From Neoechinorhynchus agilis (lineage: Eukaryota > Animalia > Acanthocephala), in NCBI GenBank assembly GCA_051530055.1, contig JBMGUZ010000041.1, positions 1-23,748 on the forward strand: a DNA stretch of 23,748 nucleotides, read 5' to 3'. How positions within the stretch are numbered: position 1 is the first letter of the stretch; each line of letters starts with the position of its first letter. The notes below the pieces were generated by a model. It worked only from the letters and a program-made list of their open reading frames with translations. It was not told the DNA's origin and did no database searches. Positions 21,601-23,748 of the stretch are shown piece after piece. The position numbers were made by a program, and so were the translations under genes.

Positions 21601-23748
21601 AGAATTCTAAAGAATGCTCACAAGAAAAACTTTCGTCAATAAATCCGAAGACCATCGCGAAGATCGCATTTCATCATAGCAAATTAAAGGATAAAAAAGC
21701 ACAAAAAGGAGAATTCGCACGACATTTCAATCGCCAAGAATTCAAGTACAAATTAAGATCAGAAATCTCGATATCATCATTCGTTCAGTAGAACGAAAGT
21801 TAGATTTTTGAGAAATTAATCATCTCATCTCAAAGAATTCTAAAGAATGCTCACAAGAAAAACTTCGTCAATAAATCCGAAGACCATCGCGAAGATCGCA
21901 TTTCATCATAGCAAATTAAAGGATAAAATAGCAAAAAAAGAGAATTCGCCAGAGATTTCAATCGCTAAGAATTCCAGTACAAATTAAGATCATAAATCTC
22001 GATATCATCATTCGTTCAGTAGAACGAAAGTTAGATTTTTGAGAAATTCATCATCTCATCTCAAAGAATTCTAAAGAATGCTAACAAGAAAAACTTTCGT
22101 CAATAAATCCGAAGACCATCGCGAAGATAGCATTTCATCATAGCAAATTAAAGGATAAAAAAGCACAAAAAAGAGAATTCGCACGACATTTCAATCGCCA
22201 AGAATTCAAGTACAAATTAAGATCATAAATCTCGATATCATCATTCGTTCAGTAGAACGAAAGTTAGATTTTTGAGAAATTCATCATCTCATCTAAAGAA
22301 TTCTAAAGAATGCTCAGAAGAAAAACTTTCGTCAATAAATCCGAAGACCATCGCGAAGATCGCATTTCATCATAGCAAATTAAAGGATAAAATAGCAAAA
22401 AAAGAGAATTCGCTAGAGATTTCAATCGCTAAGAATTCCAGTACAAATTACCATCATAAATCTCGATATCATCATACGTTCAGTAGAACGAAAGTAAGAT
22501 TTTTGAGAAATTCATCATCTCATCTCAAAGAATTCTAAAGAATGCTCACAAGAAAAACTTTCGTCAATAAATCCGAAGACCATCGCGAAGATCGCATTTC
22601 ATCATAGCAAATTAAAGGATAAAAAAGCAAAAAAGAGAATTCGCTAGAGATTTCAATCGCTAAGAATTCCAGTACAAATTACCATCATAAATCTCGATAT
22701 CATCATACGTTCAGTAGAACGAAAGTAAGATTTTTGAGAAATTCATCATCTCATCTCAAAGAATTCTAAAGAATGCTCACAAGAAAATCGTTCGTCAATA
22801 AACACGAAGACCATCGCGAAGATCGCATTTCATCATAGCAAATTAAAGGATAAAAAAGCACAAAAAGGAGAATTCGCACGACATTTCAATCGCCAAGAAT
22901 TCAAGTACAAATTAAGATAATAAATCTCGATATTATCAATCGTTCACTAGATCGAAAGTTAGATTTTTGAGAAATTCATCATCTCATCTCAAAGAATTCT
23001 AAAGAATGCTACCAAGAAAAACTTTCGTCAATAAATCCGAAGACCATCGCGAAGATAGCATTTCATCATAGAAAATTAAAGGATAAAAAAGCACAAAAAG
23101 AAGAATTCGCACGACATTTCAATCGCCAAGAATTCAAGAACAAATTAAGATCATGAATCTCGATATCATCATTCGTTCACTAGAACAAAAGTTAGATTTT
23201 TGAGAAATTACTCATCTCATCTCCAAGAATTCAAAAGAATGCTCAGAAGCAAAACTTTCGTCAATAAATCCGAATACCATCGCGAAGATCGCATTTCATC
23301 ACTGCAAATTAAAGGATAAAATATCACAAAAGGGAGAATTAACCCGAGATTTTAATCGCTAAGAATTCAAGTACGAATTAACATCAGAAATCTCGATATC
23401 ATCATTCGTTCAGTAGAACGAAAGTTAGATTTTTGAGAAATTCATCATCGCACCTCAAAGAATTCTAAAGAATGCTCACAAGAAAATCGTTCGTCAATAA
23501 ATAAGACCATCGCGAAGATCGCATTTAATCATACCAGATTAAAGGATAAAATAGCACAAAAGGCAGAAGTCGCCCGAAATTTCAATCGCTAACAACTCTA
23601 TTAAAAATTAAGATAAGAAATTTCGACATCATCATTCGTTCAGTAGAACGAAAGTTAGATTTTTGAGAAATTCATCATCTCATCTCAAAGAATTCTAAAG
23701 AATGCTCATAAGAAAAACTTTCGTCAAAAATCCGAAGACCATCGCGAA

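Larger units (their letters stand above)
12771..23748. repeat. Tandem array of ~231-234-bp units (~47 full copies), continuing past the window end
   Basis: The anchor GAAGACCATC recurs at 12831, 13064, 13296, 13530, 13763 ... ~23737. Units differ by scattered substitutions and small indels. Confidence 0.98.
12795..23748 (-). ncRNA. Array of paired box C/D snoRNA genes (SNORD35-like and SNORD59-like in each repeat unit); many copies carry degenerate boxes
   Basis: Each minus-strand unit has two C...D'-C'...D cassettes whose D'-adjacent guides are complementary to conserved 28S and 18S rRNA segments. See the example copies listed separately. Confidence 0.85.

Noticed and set aside
17163-22538. 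Repetitive ORFs in the array (17163-17660, 18089-18355, 22272-22538)
   Set aside because: They are open only in units that happen to lack a stop and have a length divisible by 3; most units have stops or frameshifts. They are by-products of the repeat.
12771-23748. Spliced-leader RNA array on the plus strand (hairpin, Sm-like ATTTTTG, hairpin)
   Set aside because: There is no AG|GT leader donor, and the Sm-like site overlaps its putative stem. The minus-strand C/D boxes plus two rRNA-complementary guides explain the unit far better.
12771-23748. CRISPR array
   Set aside because: The whole unit repeats with no unique spacers, no cas genes are present, and the context is eukaryotic.

Overview
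Eukaryotic (probably invertebrate animal) genomic DNA in three zones. (1) 1-8.45 kb is a retroelement graveyard: a decayed Mag-like Ty3/Gypsy LTR element (minus strand; 137-bp LTR, gag-pro-RT-IN), three 3' fragments of CRE-type REL-endonuclease non-LTR elements, a CR1/L2-group LINE RT fragment, a Penelope GIY-YIG fragment and an inverted pair of a ~255-bp repeat. (2) 8.6-12.6 kb holds compact host genes: COX19 (3 exons, 46- and 40-nt introns), a Gly/Tyr/His-rich peptide exon and a ZMYM/Woc-family DUF3504 gene. (3) 12.77 kb to the window end is a tandem array of ~232-233-bp units that looks like AT-rich satellite DNA. Read on the minus strand, each unit contains two box C/D snoRNA-like genes: a SNORD35/snR73-like guide for the 28S peptidyl-transferase-centre C (yeast Cm2959) and a SNORD59/snR54-like guide for 18S (yeast Am974). 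Both guides satisfy the D'+5 rule at those conserved sites. The 'satellite' therefore appears to be a >=47-copy amplified snoRNA pair, which is the most notable finding. All calls are by eye; rRNA and snoRNA reference sequences are recalled and need database confirmation.
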